32,000 nt of DNA from Geobacter metallireducens GS-15 (GTDB taxonomy: Bacteria > Desulfobacterota > Desulfuromonadia > Geobacterales > Geobacteraceae). This document shows, in pieces, positions 15,877 to 25,066 of this stretch (position 1 is the stretch's first letter; each line of letters starts with the position of its first letter). The notes under the pieces are model-generated. The model did no database searches, was not told the DNA's origin, and saw only the letters and a program-made list of their open reading frames with translations. Location: assembly GCF_000012925.1 (NCBI RefSeq), contig NC_007517.1:1710001-1742000 (forward strand), read 5' to 3'. Position numbers and translations under genes: made by a program.

Positions 15877-17109
15877 ATGGATTTCAGCATACCCGAAGAA
15901 TACATGATGCTCAAAGAGTCGATGCGCGAGTTCGTCAAGCGCGAACTGATGCCGCTGGAAAAGACGCTCTTGGAGCGGGAGCTCTCTCTCTGGACCGAGC
16001 CCGGCCATCTTATCCCCGACGAGGATCACAAGCGGCTCATGCAGAAGACGAAGGAACTCGGATTCTGGGGGCTTGAGGTGGATGAGGAGTTCGGCGGCCA
16101 GGGGCTCGGGATGCTGGCCAAGACCCTGGTTGTGGAGGAACTCTCCAAGAGCCTGGTCGGCTTCTCCAACCACGGCTTCACCCTCCCTCCGGATGCCCCC
16201 AACCTCTATTACCTGCACGAGTGCTGCGGTCCCCGGCAGCGGGAAAAATACTTCGTCCCTTACTGCAACGGCGACGTCGATTCCGCCATGGCCTGTACCG
16301 AGCCGGGCGCCGGTTCGGACGTGAGCGGCCTCAAGACCAAGGCGGTCAAGAAGGGGGATAAATGGGTCATCAACGGGACCAAGTCGTTCATCAGCAAATG
16401 CGACTATGACAACGTCTTCTTCATCGTTATCGCGGTTACCGACCCCTCGGCATCCACCAAAGACCGGTTTACCGCGTTTCTCATCGACCGTGAGCATCCG
16501 GGGGTGCGGATCGGCAAGGAGATTCCGGTAATCGGCCCCATGCCGACCTGGGACCTGATCCTTGAGGATGTGGAAGTGGACGACGATGCCATCCTGGGGG
16601 ATGTGGGGAAGGCATTCATCCCGCTACAAAACCGGTTCGGCGTGCGCCGGATCGAGTTGGCCTCCAGCTGCACCGGCATGGCGGAGCGGCTGATCCAGAT
16701 GATGATCGACCAGGCCAATACCCGCATCACCTTCGGCCAGCCGCTGGCCGAACGGGGGACGATCCAGAACTGGATCGCGGACTCCACCATGGAACTGGAA
16801 CAGGTCCGCTGGCTGCTCTACTACGCGGCCTGGAAATCGGACCAAGGGCACAAGGACCTGCGGATCGAAGGGGCAAGCGTCAAGGTGGCGGCCACCGAAA
16901 TGCTGACCCGGGTGGCGGACCGGGCGATCCAGATCCATGGCGGTCTCGGGGTCTCGCATGAACTGGGGATCGAATACGTGGCCCGCCATGTGCGCCTGTG
17001 GCGGATCGTGGAAGGCCCGTCAGAGGTCCACCGGTGGCTGGTTGCCCGGCAGCTGTTGAAGGAGAAGAAGCCGTACAATCCGTTTATCGTTGCCGCCGAC
17101 GAGGAGTGA
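15877..17109 (+). CDS. bbsG: Acyl-CoA dehydrogenase (benzylsuccinyl-CoA dehydrogenase BbsG-like)
   Basis: 410 aa. ACAD motifs seen: 'CTEPGAGSD', 'WVINGTKSFIS' and the C-terminal 'RIVEGPSEVHR' with the catalytic-base Glu position. Confidence 0.8.
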   Translation: MDFSIPEEYMMLKESMREFVKRELMPLEKTLLERELSLWTEPGHLIPDEDHKRLMQKTKELGFWGLEVDEEFGGQGLGMLAKTLVVEELSKSLVGFSNHGFTLPPDAPNLYYLHECCGPRQREKYFVPYCNGDVDSAMACTEPGAGSDVSGLKTKAVKKGDKWVINGTKSFISKCDYDNVFFIVIAVTDPSASTKDRFTAFLIDREHPGVRIGKEIPVIGPMPTWDLILEDVEVDDDAILGDVGKAFIPLQNRFGVRRIELASSCTGMAERLIQMMIDQANTRITFGQPLAERGTIQNWIADSTMELEQVRWLLYYAAWKSDQGHKDLRIEGASVKVAATEMLTRVADRAIQIHGGLGVSHELGIEYVARHVRLWRIVEGPSEVHRWLVARQLLKEKKPYNPFIVAADEE

Positions 17110-17153
17110 CCCTACATGACGATGTACCGTCTAAACCATACCAGGAGGATGCA

Positions 17154-17924
17154 ATGGGAGTTGATTTCGTAACAGAGGGGAATGTCGCCTACATCACACT
17201 GAACCGTCCCGACGCCATGAACGCGCTGGACCCCGAGGGGCTCGTGCGGCTGGCGGAGATATGGGGCGAGGTGAAAAATAACCCCGAGATTCGGATCGCG
17301 GTGCTGACCGGGGCAGGGGAGAAGGCCTTTTGCACCGGCACGGACATGAAGAAGGCGAAGGTTCCTGATGAATGCATGGCAGCACTCTACTACAAGGAGG
17401 GGCAGCCGATCATCCCGCACATGAAAATGTGGAAGCCGATCATTGCCTGCATCAACGGGTACGCCGTGGGGGGCGGACTGGAGATGGCCCTGGCGTGCGA
17501 CCTGAGGATCTGCAGCACCACGGCCAAATTCGCCCTCACAGAGACGAAGGTGGCAAGCCTTGCCGGCCTGAACGGGACCCAGTGCCTGCCCAGAGCCATA
17601 CCTCAGGCGGTTGCCATGAAGATGCTCCTGACCGGCGAGATGATCGACGCCGCCGAGGCGCACCGGGTCGGGCTGGTGAGTGATGTTGCCGAACCGGACC
17701 AACTGATGGCCCTGGCCCGGAAATACGCGGAAAAGATCGCCTCCAACGCTCCCTTGAGCGTCATGGCGGCCAAGCAGGCTGCAGTGATGGGGATGGACAT
17801 GCCGCTCCCCCATGCCATCGACTTTTCGTACCTGCTGTGGGGAATACTGCGGGACACGGAAGACCGGAAAGAGGGATTCACCGCCTTTGCCGAGAAGAGA
17901 GCGCCCCAGTATCGGGGGAGATAG
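17154..17924 (+). CDS. bbsH: Enoyl-CoA hydratase/crotonase (phenylitaconyl-CoA hydratase BbsH-like)
   Basis: Track ORF 16998..17924. The ATG at 17154 lies 5 nt after AGGAGG. 'ITLNRPDAMNALD', 'GYAVGGGLEMALACD' and 'ETKV' are crotonase oxyanion-hole/Glu motifs. Confidence 0.8.
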   Translation: MGVDFVTEGNVAYITLNRPDAMNALDPEGLVRLAEIWGEVKNNPEIRIAVLTGAGEKAFCTGTDMKKAKVPDECMAALYYKEGQPIIPHMKMWKPIIACINGYAVGGGLEMALACDLRICSTTAKFALTETKVASLAGLNGTQCLPRAIPQAVAMKMLLTGEMIDAAEAHRVGLVSDVAEPDQLMALARKYAEKIASNAPLSVMAAKQAAVMGMDMPLPHAIDFSYLLWGILRDTEDRKEGFTAFAEKRAPQYRGR

Positions 17925-17934
17925 GAGCCGGATC

Positions 17935-18690
17935 ATGCAGATAGTCGTCTTGGCAAAGGTGGTGCCGGATTACGAAGTGCCGTCCGCGGACTTCGAACTG
18001 GTGGGGAACAGAGCCCATCCCCGGTACACGAGGATGATCGGCCTGTACGATGAAAACGCCGTCGAACTCGGCGTGCAGCTGAAGGAAAAACTCGGGGCCG
18101 ACCTGACGGTTGTCTCCTATGGCCGGAACGACGATGTCCAATTTCTCAGAAAAGCGCTCGCCATGGGTGCAGACAAGGTGGTTCTGGTCGAAGGGGATTC
18201 GGACGATCCGTATGTGATTGCCGCCAACCTGAAAGATGCCATCGATCGGCAGGGTACTGTGGACCTGATCCTTGCGGGTCGTCAGTCCTCGGACATGGAC
18301 CGTGGCGTCGTCCCGGGGGTATTGGCCGGCATGCTCGACCTCCCCTTTGTCCCCCAGGCCTGCAGCGTTGAAAGCGTCGACGGGGGGTGGAAAATTTCGC
18401 AGATAACCGAAACAGGGAAGCGGTTGCTGAAGCTCTCCGGCAAGGGGGTACTCTCCATCACCAGCGTCCCGGAGAACGTTCCCCGGATTCCGGCGGTCAA
18501 AGCGATCTTCGCGGCCAAGAAGAAGCCGGTGGAGAAGCTCCCTGAAATAGGGACCGGAAAGATGGCCGTCTCCGAGCTGTCGGTGAGCATCCCCAAGGTC
18601 GAGTCCAACTGTGAACTTATACCGGCCGAGGATATGGACGATGCTGTTCGTGTTCTCTTGAGAAGGCTCAAGGAGGAACGGTACCTATGA
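17935..18690 (+). CDS. etfB: Electron transfer flavoprotein, beta subunit
   Basis: Track ORF 17812..18690. The ATG at 17935 (MQIVVLAKVVPDYE…) has an AGGAG ribosome-binding site. The N-terminus and length (251 aa) are typical of EtfB/FixA. Confidence 0.85.
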   Translation: MQIVVLAKVVPDYEVPSADFELVGNRAHPRYTRMIGLYDENAVELGVQLKEKLGADLTVVSYGRNDDVQFLRKALAMGADKVVLVEGDSDDPYVIAANLKDAIDRQGTVDLILAGRQSSDMDRGVVPGVLAGMLDLPFVPQACSVESVDGGWKISQITETGKRLLKLSGKGVLSITSVPENVPRIPAVKAIFAAKKKPVEKLPEIGTGKMAVSELSVSIPKVESNCELIPAEDMDDAVRVLLRRLKEERYL

Positions 18691-19574
18691 AAACGCTGAT
18701 CATCGAAACGGCCAATGCCAAGATCCTTGGGGAACTGGTAACCGTAAGCAGGCTGTTCGGCCAGGCCCCGGATGTTGTCGTGCTGGGCAGCGGGGAGTTG
18801 CAGGGGAGCTACGGCAAGGCCTACCGGCTTTCCGATACCCTTGGGGCGAACCTCGGCTCCTCCCTCTCCGACCTGATCAAGAGGGAAAGGTACGAGCTGA
18901 TTCTTCTCAGCACGACTGCCATCGGCAGCGGCTTGGCCGGCCCCCTGGCGGTGAGCCTCGGCGCGCCGATTCTGTCCGAGGTTACCGCCATAAGTCCTGA
19001 CCTGACAATCGAGCGGTCCCTCTACGGCTCCAAGGCTGTTGCCCGTTACAAGCTGGAGTCCGGGCCGCTGGTTCTGACAATCAAGCGTAAATACTTCGAA
19101 GCGGCCACGTTGGAAGGAACGACGGCAACCGAAGAATTACCGGTCGGACCGCAGAAAATAACACTTCTGGAAGAGATCGAGGAGGAGCGCACCGGTATTC
19201 CGCTGGAGGACGCCGAGGTCGTGGTGACCGGCGGGCGGGGGATCGGCAGCGGCGACAACTTCTCCATCCTGAAGGAGATAGCCGGAATGCTGAACGGCGC
19301 GGTAGGGGCGTCCCGGGGGGCGGTGGACGAGGGGTGGATGCCGCCCGGCGCCCAGATCGGCCAGACCGGCAAAATCGTCGCGCCCACCGTCTATTTCGCG
19401 GTCGGGGTGTCCGGCGCCAGCCAGCATCTGGCGGGGATTTCCAACGCCAAATGCGTCATAGCCATCAACAAGGACAACGAGGCGAACATCTTCAAACGGG
19501 CCAGGTTCGGCATCGTCGGTGACTACAAAAAGGCGGTCCCGGCCCTGATCAACGCCCTCAAGGAGAACGCCTGA
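18687..19574 (+). CDS. etfA: Electron transfer flavoprotein, alpha subunit
   Basis: ATGA overlap with etfB. The C-terminal FAD-binding signature is 'GVSGASQHLAGISNAKCVIAINKDNEANIF…ARFGIVGD'. Confidence 0.85.
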   Translation: MKTLIIETANAKILGELVTVSRLFGQAPDVVVLGSGELQGSYGKAYRLSDTLGANLGSSLSDLIKRERYELILLSTTAIGSGLAGPLAVSLGAPILSEVTAISPDLTIERSLYGSKAVARYKLESGPLVLTIKRKYFEAATLEGTTATEELPVGPQKITLLEEIEEERTGIPLEDAEVVVTGGRGIGSGDNFSILKEIAGMLNGAVGASRGAVDEGWMPPGAQIGQTGKIVAPTVYFAVGVSGASQHLAGISNAKCVIAINKDNEANIFKRARFGIVGDYKKAVPALINALKENA

Positions 19575-19575
19575 C

Positions 19576-21540
19576 ATGGAACGGATCCCCTACTGGAATA
19601 TCAGCTATGGCCTCCTGATCGACCTCCTCTCCATCCCGGCAATGGCCGTGTTCGGGTACGGGATCTACCGCCACTGGAAACGGATACGCCAGGGGAAGGC
19701 GAGCGTCAGGCAGGGGATTACCCTTGATGCGCTGAAGCTGGGACCGGTTTATGTCTGGTCGTTTCTGACCAGGGGGATCGTGGGTACCCGTATCTACAAG
19801 AAACCGTTCACCGGCATTGCCCACGGCCTCCTGTTCTGGGGGATGGTCGTTTTGACCGTCGGGACCGTGCTGGTCTTTGCAAATGTGCTGTTCGGCATCC
19901 CGGTCTTCACGGGGGAGTTCAATCGCCGGTTCATGGGGGGAGCCCTCGATGCCGCCGGGGTGGCAGCCCTGGCCGGGGTGCTGTTCCTGCTGATACGCAG
20001 GCTTTCCCCACCCGAAAGGCTGACCTGCTTCAAGGCTAACTCGGGCTTCATCCTGATTGAGATCGGGATCATCGCCATCATCATTACCGGCTTCTTTATC
20101 GAGGGGGCACGAATCGCCCAGAACGGCATTGATCCCGGCTCGTTCGTCGGCAACTGGCTCGGGTTCATGCTGCCAACCGGGGAAGGCGGACTCGAACTTC
20201 ATCGGTACCTCTGGTGGCTCCACGGTCTGCTCGTCCTCTCCCTGATCGCCTATATCCCGTTCTCCCCCCTGGCACACCTGGTGCTGGCTCCGGCCAACGC
20301 CGGTCTCGATACCCCGATCCCCGGCCCTAAGATGGGGGTCATCGATTTCGAGGCGTTCGAGGGGGAAGGGGAGGAGGCCCCGTCCCTGGGGGTGAGCAAG
20401 CTGGCCGACTTCAGCCGGAAGAACCTGCTGGACATCTCCACCTGCCTGAAGTGCGGCCGGTGCCACGAGGTCTGCCCCGCGGCCCAGACCGGCAAACATC
20501 TCTCTCCCAAAGGGGTAATGGTCACCCTTGCCGAGTATCTGCAAGAGGGGAAGATGCACGACGACTCGCTCCTGGAAACCATATCCACCGACGCAATTTA
20601 CAGCTGCACCACGTGCGCCGCCTGCATGGAAGCCTGCCCGGTATCGGTGAACCAGCCGAACGCCATCCTCGGCATGCGGCAGCATCTCCTCATGGAGCGG
20701 TCGGAAATGCCCGACATCATGGGGCAGGCGCACCGCAGCCTGGAGGCCCGTCAACATCCCTTCATCGGTACCGGTTTCGGCCCCAACGACTGGCGCAAGG
20801 GGCTGGAGGTTCCCATCTACGAAAGGGGCGCCACCGAATATCTCCTCTGGATCGGCTGTTCGGTTGCCTATGAGGAGCGGACCCAGCATATCGGCCGGGC
20901 TATGGTCGCCATCCTGAAGAAGGCCGGGGTTTCATTCGGCATCCTGGAGGAAAACCGCTGCACCGGCGATCCGGCAAAGCAGATGGGTAACGAATTCCTG
21001 TTTTCGGAGATTGCCGGCCGGAACATCGAGGAGTTTAACGAGCTAGGGGTGACCAAGGTCATCACCATGTGTCCCCACTGCTTTAATAGCTTCACCCGGC
21101 ATTATCCCCTGCTGGGGGCGAAGTTCGAGGTAATCCCCCATGCGGTGCTCATCCGCAGTCTGATAGAGGCAGGGAAGATAACGCTCGCCAACAGCGGCAG
21201 GAGCATCTGCTATCACGATCCCTGCTACCTGGGGCGGCACAACAACGTGCTGTCGGAGCCGCGCAGCGTCGTTTCCTCAATCGGCCACCTGGTGGAGATG
21301 CCGAGGCATGGGAGCGAAAGCTTTTGCTGCGGCGCCGGCGGCGGCAATTACTGGACCGAGGAAGAGGGGACCCGGATCAACCAGACCAGGGCCAAAGAGG
21401 CGCTGGACACGGGCGCAAAAACCATCGCCACGTCCTGTCCGTTCTGCATGCTGATGCTGACGGACGGCCTGAAGAAATTCACGGAAGAACAGATGGTACA
21501 GGATATCGCGGAACTGGTGTGCAGTCAGATGGAAGGGTGA
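19576..21540 (+). CDS. Membrane-anchored Fe-S oxidoreductase (NarI/HdrE-like TM domain plus 2x[4Fe-4S] plus two CCG domains); probable ETF:menaquinone oxidoreductase
   Basis: 654 aa. About five N-terminal TM helices carry conserved His residues ('IAHGLLFWG', 'LWWLHG'). Cys motifs seen: CLKCGRCHEVCP and CTTCAACMEACP, then HdrD/GlpC-type CCG motifs ('MCPHCF', 'FCCGAGGG', 'SCPFCM'). It starts 1 nt after the etfA stop codon. Confidence 0.75.
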   Translation: MERIPYWNISYGLLIDLLSIPAMAVFGYGIYRHWKRIRQGKASVRQGITLDALKLGPVYVWSFLTRGIVGTRIYKKPFTGIAHGLLFWGMVVLTVGTVLVFANVLFGIPVFTGEFNRRFMGGALDAAGVAALAGVLFLLIRRLSPPERLTCFKANSGFILIEIGIIAIIITGFFIEGARIAQNGIDPGSFVGNWLGFMLPTGEGGLELHRYLWWLHGLLVLSLIAYIPFSPLAHLVLAPANAGLDTPIPGPKMGVIDFEAFEGEGEEAPSLGVSKLADFSRKNLLDISTCLKCGRCHEVCPAAQTGKHLSPKGVMVTLAEYLQEGKMHDDSLLETISTDAIYSCTTCAACMEACPVSVNQPNAILGMRQHLLMERSEMPDIMGQAHRSLEARQHPFIGTGFGPNDWRKGLEVPIYERGATEYLLWIGCSVAYEERTQHIGRAMVAILKKAGVSFGILEENRCTGDPAKQMGNEFLFSEIAGRNIEEFNELGVTKVITMCPHCFNSFTRHYPLLGAKFEVIPHAVLIRSLIEAGKITLANSGRSICYHDPCYLGRHNNVLSEPRSVVSSIGHLVEMPRHGSESFCCGAGGGNYWTEEEGTRINQTRAKEALDTGAKTIATSCPFCMLMLTDGLKKFTEEQMVQDIAELVCSQMEG

Positions 21541-21591
21541 GAACGGTCATTTTTCATAAAGAGCGCTGAAAACAACTACAGGAGGAGTGTC

Positions 21592-22032
21592 ATGGCAAAG
21601 GAAGAGGTTAAGCAGAAGAAGACGAAAGAGAAGGAACCCGATATTACCTTCTTTCACCCGGATATACTGGAAGTGCCCAAGGACGGCGGCCTTCCCTATC
21701 TGAAGGGGTATCGTTGCAAGAAGTGCGGGCAACTGGATTTCAAGACTGAGATGTGCACCAACTGTTGGAGTGAGGAGTTCGAAATGGTGCCTCTCTCCCG
21801 CAGAGGGAAGGTCTACAGTTTTTCGGATATCTATATCGGCCAGCAGGGGCTGGCAACCCCATACATCTTCGCCTATGTGGATCTGCCGGAGAATCTGCGG
21901 GTATTCGCCCAACTGGAGGGTGAAGTTGACACCTATCGCTGCGACGAAGAGGTGGAACTGACTCTGGGGCCGATCAGGATGAACAACGATAACCTGCCGA
22001 TCATCAGCTACAAGTTCAAGAAGATTGCCTAA
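21592..22032 (+). CDS. bbsA: DUF35 Zn-ribbon/OB-fold protein (benzoylsuccinyl-CoA thiolase small subunit BbsA-like)
   Basis: 146 aa. CKKCG-x10-CTNC forms a four-Cys zinc ribbon, followed by an OB-fold-like segment. It lies directly upstream of the thiolase-like gene, as in BbsAB. Confidence 0.7.
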   Translation: MAKEEVKQKKTKEKEPDITFFHPDILEVPKDGGLPYLKGYRCKKCGQLDFKTEMCTNCWSEEFEMVPLSRRGKVYSFSDIYIGQQGLATPYIFAYVDLPENLRVFAQLEGEVDTYRCDEEVELTLGPIRMNNDNLPIISYKFKKIA

Positions 22033-22057
22033 CTATTGAAAGAAACGGGAGAAGGTT

Positions 22058-23230
22058 ATGAAATTACAGCGTGAAGTATACATAGCAGGGGTGGGGGAAA
22101 CGAAATTCGGCAAGCATACGGTCGATTTCGATGTGTTGGGGAGGGAGGCTGCTCTGCAGGCGATGAATGGATCGAACATCGACCGACCGGACATGATCCA
22201 GAGCGCCTATGTGGGAAACGGAATGAACGACATGACGACCGGCCAGGCTGTTTTCAGGGGGCTGGGGATGTGCGGGCCCAATCTGCCGATTATCAATGTG
22301 CAGAGCGCCTGTTCAGCCGGCGCCATGGCAGTCTTCTGCGCCATTAAGGATGTGGCCACCGGAGTTACCGACCTCTCCATCGGAGTCGGCACTGAGAACC
22401 ACACCATGCACAGACAGAGCGGAGCCGCGTTCAGTGCGGCCAGGTCAGACATAGAAACCATGCACGGGGCGGTCATGACCGGCAAATACGCCATGCGGGC
22501 GACCCGCTATATGCATGAGACCGGCGCCACCATCGAGGATCTGGCGATGATCACGGTGAAAAACCGCAAGCACGCCACCCACAACCCCTATGCCTGGTTC
22601 AAGGGGGCGATCACGGTGGAAGAAGTGGTCAATTCCCGGATGGTTGCCTATCCCATGACCCTGCAGCAGTGTTGCGGCATTGCCGACGGCGCTGCCGCCG
22701 TGGTGGTCGGTTCCAAGGAGATGATGAAGAAACTGGGGATTGCCAAGCCGGTCAAGGTGGCGGGTGTGGTGGTGGAGTCGGGTCCGTACCATAACCGGCC
22801 GCGGGACATTACCGGCGACGATATCACCGAGACCACTTCGGAAAAGTTGTACGAGGAGTCGGGGATCGGCCCGAAAGAGGTCAATATTCTCGAATTGCAC
22901 GACGCCTTCACCATTGCCGAGCTTCTCTATTACGAATGCATGGGGCTTTGCAAAAAGGGAGATGGCCTCAAGTTCCTGAGGGACGGCCAGTCCACCTATG
23001 GCGGCCAGTGCGTGGTGAGTCCACGGGGTGGGCTGCTCTCCTACGGCCACCCGATCGGCGCTTCCGGTGCGGCCCAGATCGCCCAGAACGTGAAGCAGCT
23101 GCGGGGGGAATGCGGCGGTTACCAGGTCGGTCCGACTCCGAAGGTTGCCATGTCCCACGTCACCGGCGGCGGGCTCTCCGGCACCGAGCATGCGGCGTGC
23201 ACCATGCACATGCTGGTAAAGGGGTGGTAA
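22058..23230 (+). CDS. bbsB: Thiolase-fold protein (benzoylsuccinyl-CoA thiolase BbsB-like)
   Basis: 390 aa. The active-site Cys context is '[11 protein letters not shown]', with '[11 protein letters not shown]' near the C-terminus. It looks like the SCP-x/DUF35-partner thiolase type. Confidence 0.8.
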
Positions 23231-23277
23231 GCGAGGCATCTGACCAATAAATCCTCAACGGGTAAGGAGAGGCAGTC

Positions 23278-24024
23278 ATGAAAGACAGAACAGCACTGAT
23301 AGTGGGAGCGGCAAACGATATAGGAGGGGCGATCAGCGTCCGATTCGCGAAACTCGGCGCGCGAGTCGTCCTGATCGATACGGATCGGCAGGAATTGGAC
23401 AAGGTGTCTGCCCTGGTGGCAGCGGCAGGGGGTGAAGCGGAGGTTATTGCCGTAGACGGTGCAGATTCCGGCGCAGTCAAGAGCACAATAGACGGTATTG
23501 CCGGGAAACACGGCTCGATAGACATCCTGGTCAATGCCATCGACCACAGGGACGGCGTACCGATCACCGAAGGGACCGTCGAGACCTGGGAGCGCTCCCT
23601 GAAAGAAAATATCACTCCGCTGGTCTCCTTCTCCCTGAACGTGATCCCGGTGATGAAGAACAACAAGTATGGCCGGATCGTGAACATCGGCAGCCTCGAT
23701 TATCTGGGGACAGCGAAGCAGGCCAACTACAGCACCGCAAAATCAGCCATCTTCGGGTTGACACGCTCGTTTGCCCTGGAGCTGGCAAAGGACGGTATTA
23801 CCGTAAACCAGATCCTGAAGGGGGACGTCAAGACGGCAGAATGTCCCCTCTCCCCTGAAGAGGAGGAGAAAGGGGCTGCCAAGTTGCCGGTGCAGCGTCT
23901 GGGCAAGCCGGAGGATATTGCCTATGCCGCTGCGTATTTTGCCTCCGGCCTGAGCGGCTATGTCACGGGGCAGAACCTTATCGTCTGCGGTGGCAAGAGC
24001 ATCTATTCGTCAATGTCCGCGTAG
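23278..24024 (+). CDS. bbsC: Short-chain dehydrogenase/reductase-fold subunit with a degenerate nucleotide-binding motif (BbsC-like)
   Basis: 248 aa. The Gly-rich motif reads VGAANDIGG (Asp where TGxxxGxG has its second Gly). NNAG is replaced by VNAID. YSTAK is retained. Confidence 0.7.
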   Translation: MKDRTALIVGAANDIGGAISVRFAKLGARVVLIDTDRQELDKVSALVAAAGGEAEVIAVDGADSGAVKSTIDGIAGKHGSIDILVNAIDHRDGVPITEGTVETWERSLKENITPLVSFSLNVIPVMKNNKYGRIVNIGSLDYLGTAKQANYSTAKSAIFGLTRSFALELAKDGITVNQILKGDVKTAECPLSPEEEEKGAAKLPVQRLGKPEDIAYAAAYFASGLSGYVTGQNLIVCGGKSIYSSMSA

Positions 24025-24052
24025 GGGCGGACGTCACATCGGGAGGAAGATC

Positions 24053-24802
24053 ATGGCAGGTTTACAGGGGAAGGTGGCATTGATAACCGGATCGGCAAGC
24101 GGTATGGGGAAGAAGACAGCGCAGCGGCTTGCGGAAAAGGGGGTGAAGATCGTCATCAACGACATTGTTTCGGAAAAAGTCGATCAGACGGTTAAGGAAT
24201 TTTCGGCACAAGGGTTTGAGGTAATGGGTGTGGTGGCCGACATCTGCAAAACCTCCGCCGTTCAGGAGATGGTGAAAAGCGCGGTCGAGAGGTTCGGCTC
24301 CCTGGATATCCTCGTCAACAATGCGGGGATGGAACGGGCCGGCGCCCTGAGAAATCTCAGTGAGACGGACTGGGATCTGACGGTGGACGTCAACCTGAAG
24401 GGGGCTTTCCTCTGCAGCCAGGCGGCGCATGGCCACATGATCGAACAAGGAGGAGGGCGGATCGTCAATATCGCCTCCAGGGCGTGGCTCGGAGGGGCGG
24501 GACAGGCACCCTACTCATCGGCCAAGGCCGGCCTGGTGGGGCTTACCAGGACCCTGGCACTGGAGCTGGGGCGCAAGGGGGTAACGGTCAACTGCATCGC
24601 TCCGGGCCTCATCCACACCCCCATGTGGGACGAGCTTCCGGAAAAGAACCGGCTCGGCTTTCTTGCCAAGCAACCGATGGGGAAGATCGGTGAGGACGAA
24701 GATATCGCCAATGCTGTCCTCTTTTTCCTGGATGACGAAGCGTCGTTCATTACCGGTCAGGTCTTCTATGTCTGTGGCGGGAGAAGTCTGTTTGCAGGGT
24801 GA
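24053..24802 (+). CDS. bbsD: Canonical SDR (2-[hydroxy(phenyl)methyl]-succinyl-CoA dehydrogenase BbsD-like)
   Basis: Track ORF 23960..24802. The ATG at 24053 follows GGGAGGAAG. TGSASGMG, NNAG, the Ser of 'NIASRA' and YSSAK are all intact. Confidence 0.75.
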   Translation: MAGLQGKVALITGSASGMGKKTAQRLAEKGVKIVINDIVSEKVDQTVKEFSAQGFEVMGVVADICKTSAVQEMVKSAVERFGSLDILVNNAGMERAGALRNLSETDWDLTVDVNLKGAFLCSQAAHGHMIEQGGGRIVNIASRAWLGGAGQAPYSSAKAGLVGLTRTLALELGRKGVTVNCIAPGLIHTPMWDELPEKNRLGFLAKQPMGKIGEDEDIANAVLFFLDDEASFITGQVFYVCGGRSLFAG

Positions 24803-24855
24803 TCGGCAACACCGCAGCCACCGTAACGTCAGGGGTGTGAAAGGAATGGTGAGAC

Positions 24856-24999
24856 ATGAAGAATGAGAATAGTGACAGGTTGGAATACACGAGCGATGAT
24901 GAACTTTTCCCTACGGAAATCACCTTTTCCGGCGGCCTGAAAATTCGTCTGGGATGCTCGGAGGACGGTAAGTCCTACCTGAAGGTAGAGTCTCCCTGA
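24856..24999 (+). CDS. Hypothetical 47-aa protein (below the ORF-track size cut-off)
   Basis: Hand translation gives MKNENSDRLEYTSDDELFPTEITFSGGLKIRLGCSEDGKSYLKVESP*. It fills most of an otherwise unexplained 264-nt gap at the operon end. The ribosome-binding site is weak or distant (AAGGAA 10 nt upstream). Confidence 0.3.
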   Translation: MKNENSDRLEYTSDDELFPTEITFSGGLKIRLGCSEDGKSYLKVESP

Positions 25000-25066
25000 G
25001 AGGTGCCTCGTATCCGGAGCGGCAGGAAGGGGAGACAGTGTACACGGTTTCAAAGGAGGAACAGCC

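Noticed and set aside
15193-16497. 434-aa minus-strand ORF overlapping the bbsF-like and bbsG-like genes
   Set aside because: It is a shadow ORF. It crosses an intergenic gap of the sense operon, has no ribosome-binding site or recognisable domain, and has Arg/Gly/Pro/Leu-rich composition.
17112-17936. 274-aa minus-strand ORF, plus similar antisense ORFs at 22445..23239, 23160..23687, 2783..3493, 5773..6372, 8182..8790, 25532..26146 and 31140..31808
   Set aside because: All lie opposite well-supported genes, have no ribosome-binding site and show no recognisable domains. They are regarded as GC-skew artefacts rather than overlapping genes.
19558-20889. 443-aa minus-strand ORF opposite the membrane Fe-S oxidoreductase gene
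   Set aside because: The sense frame carries TM helices, ferredoxin Cys clusters and CCG motifs. The antisense product is low-complexity and lacks motifs.
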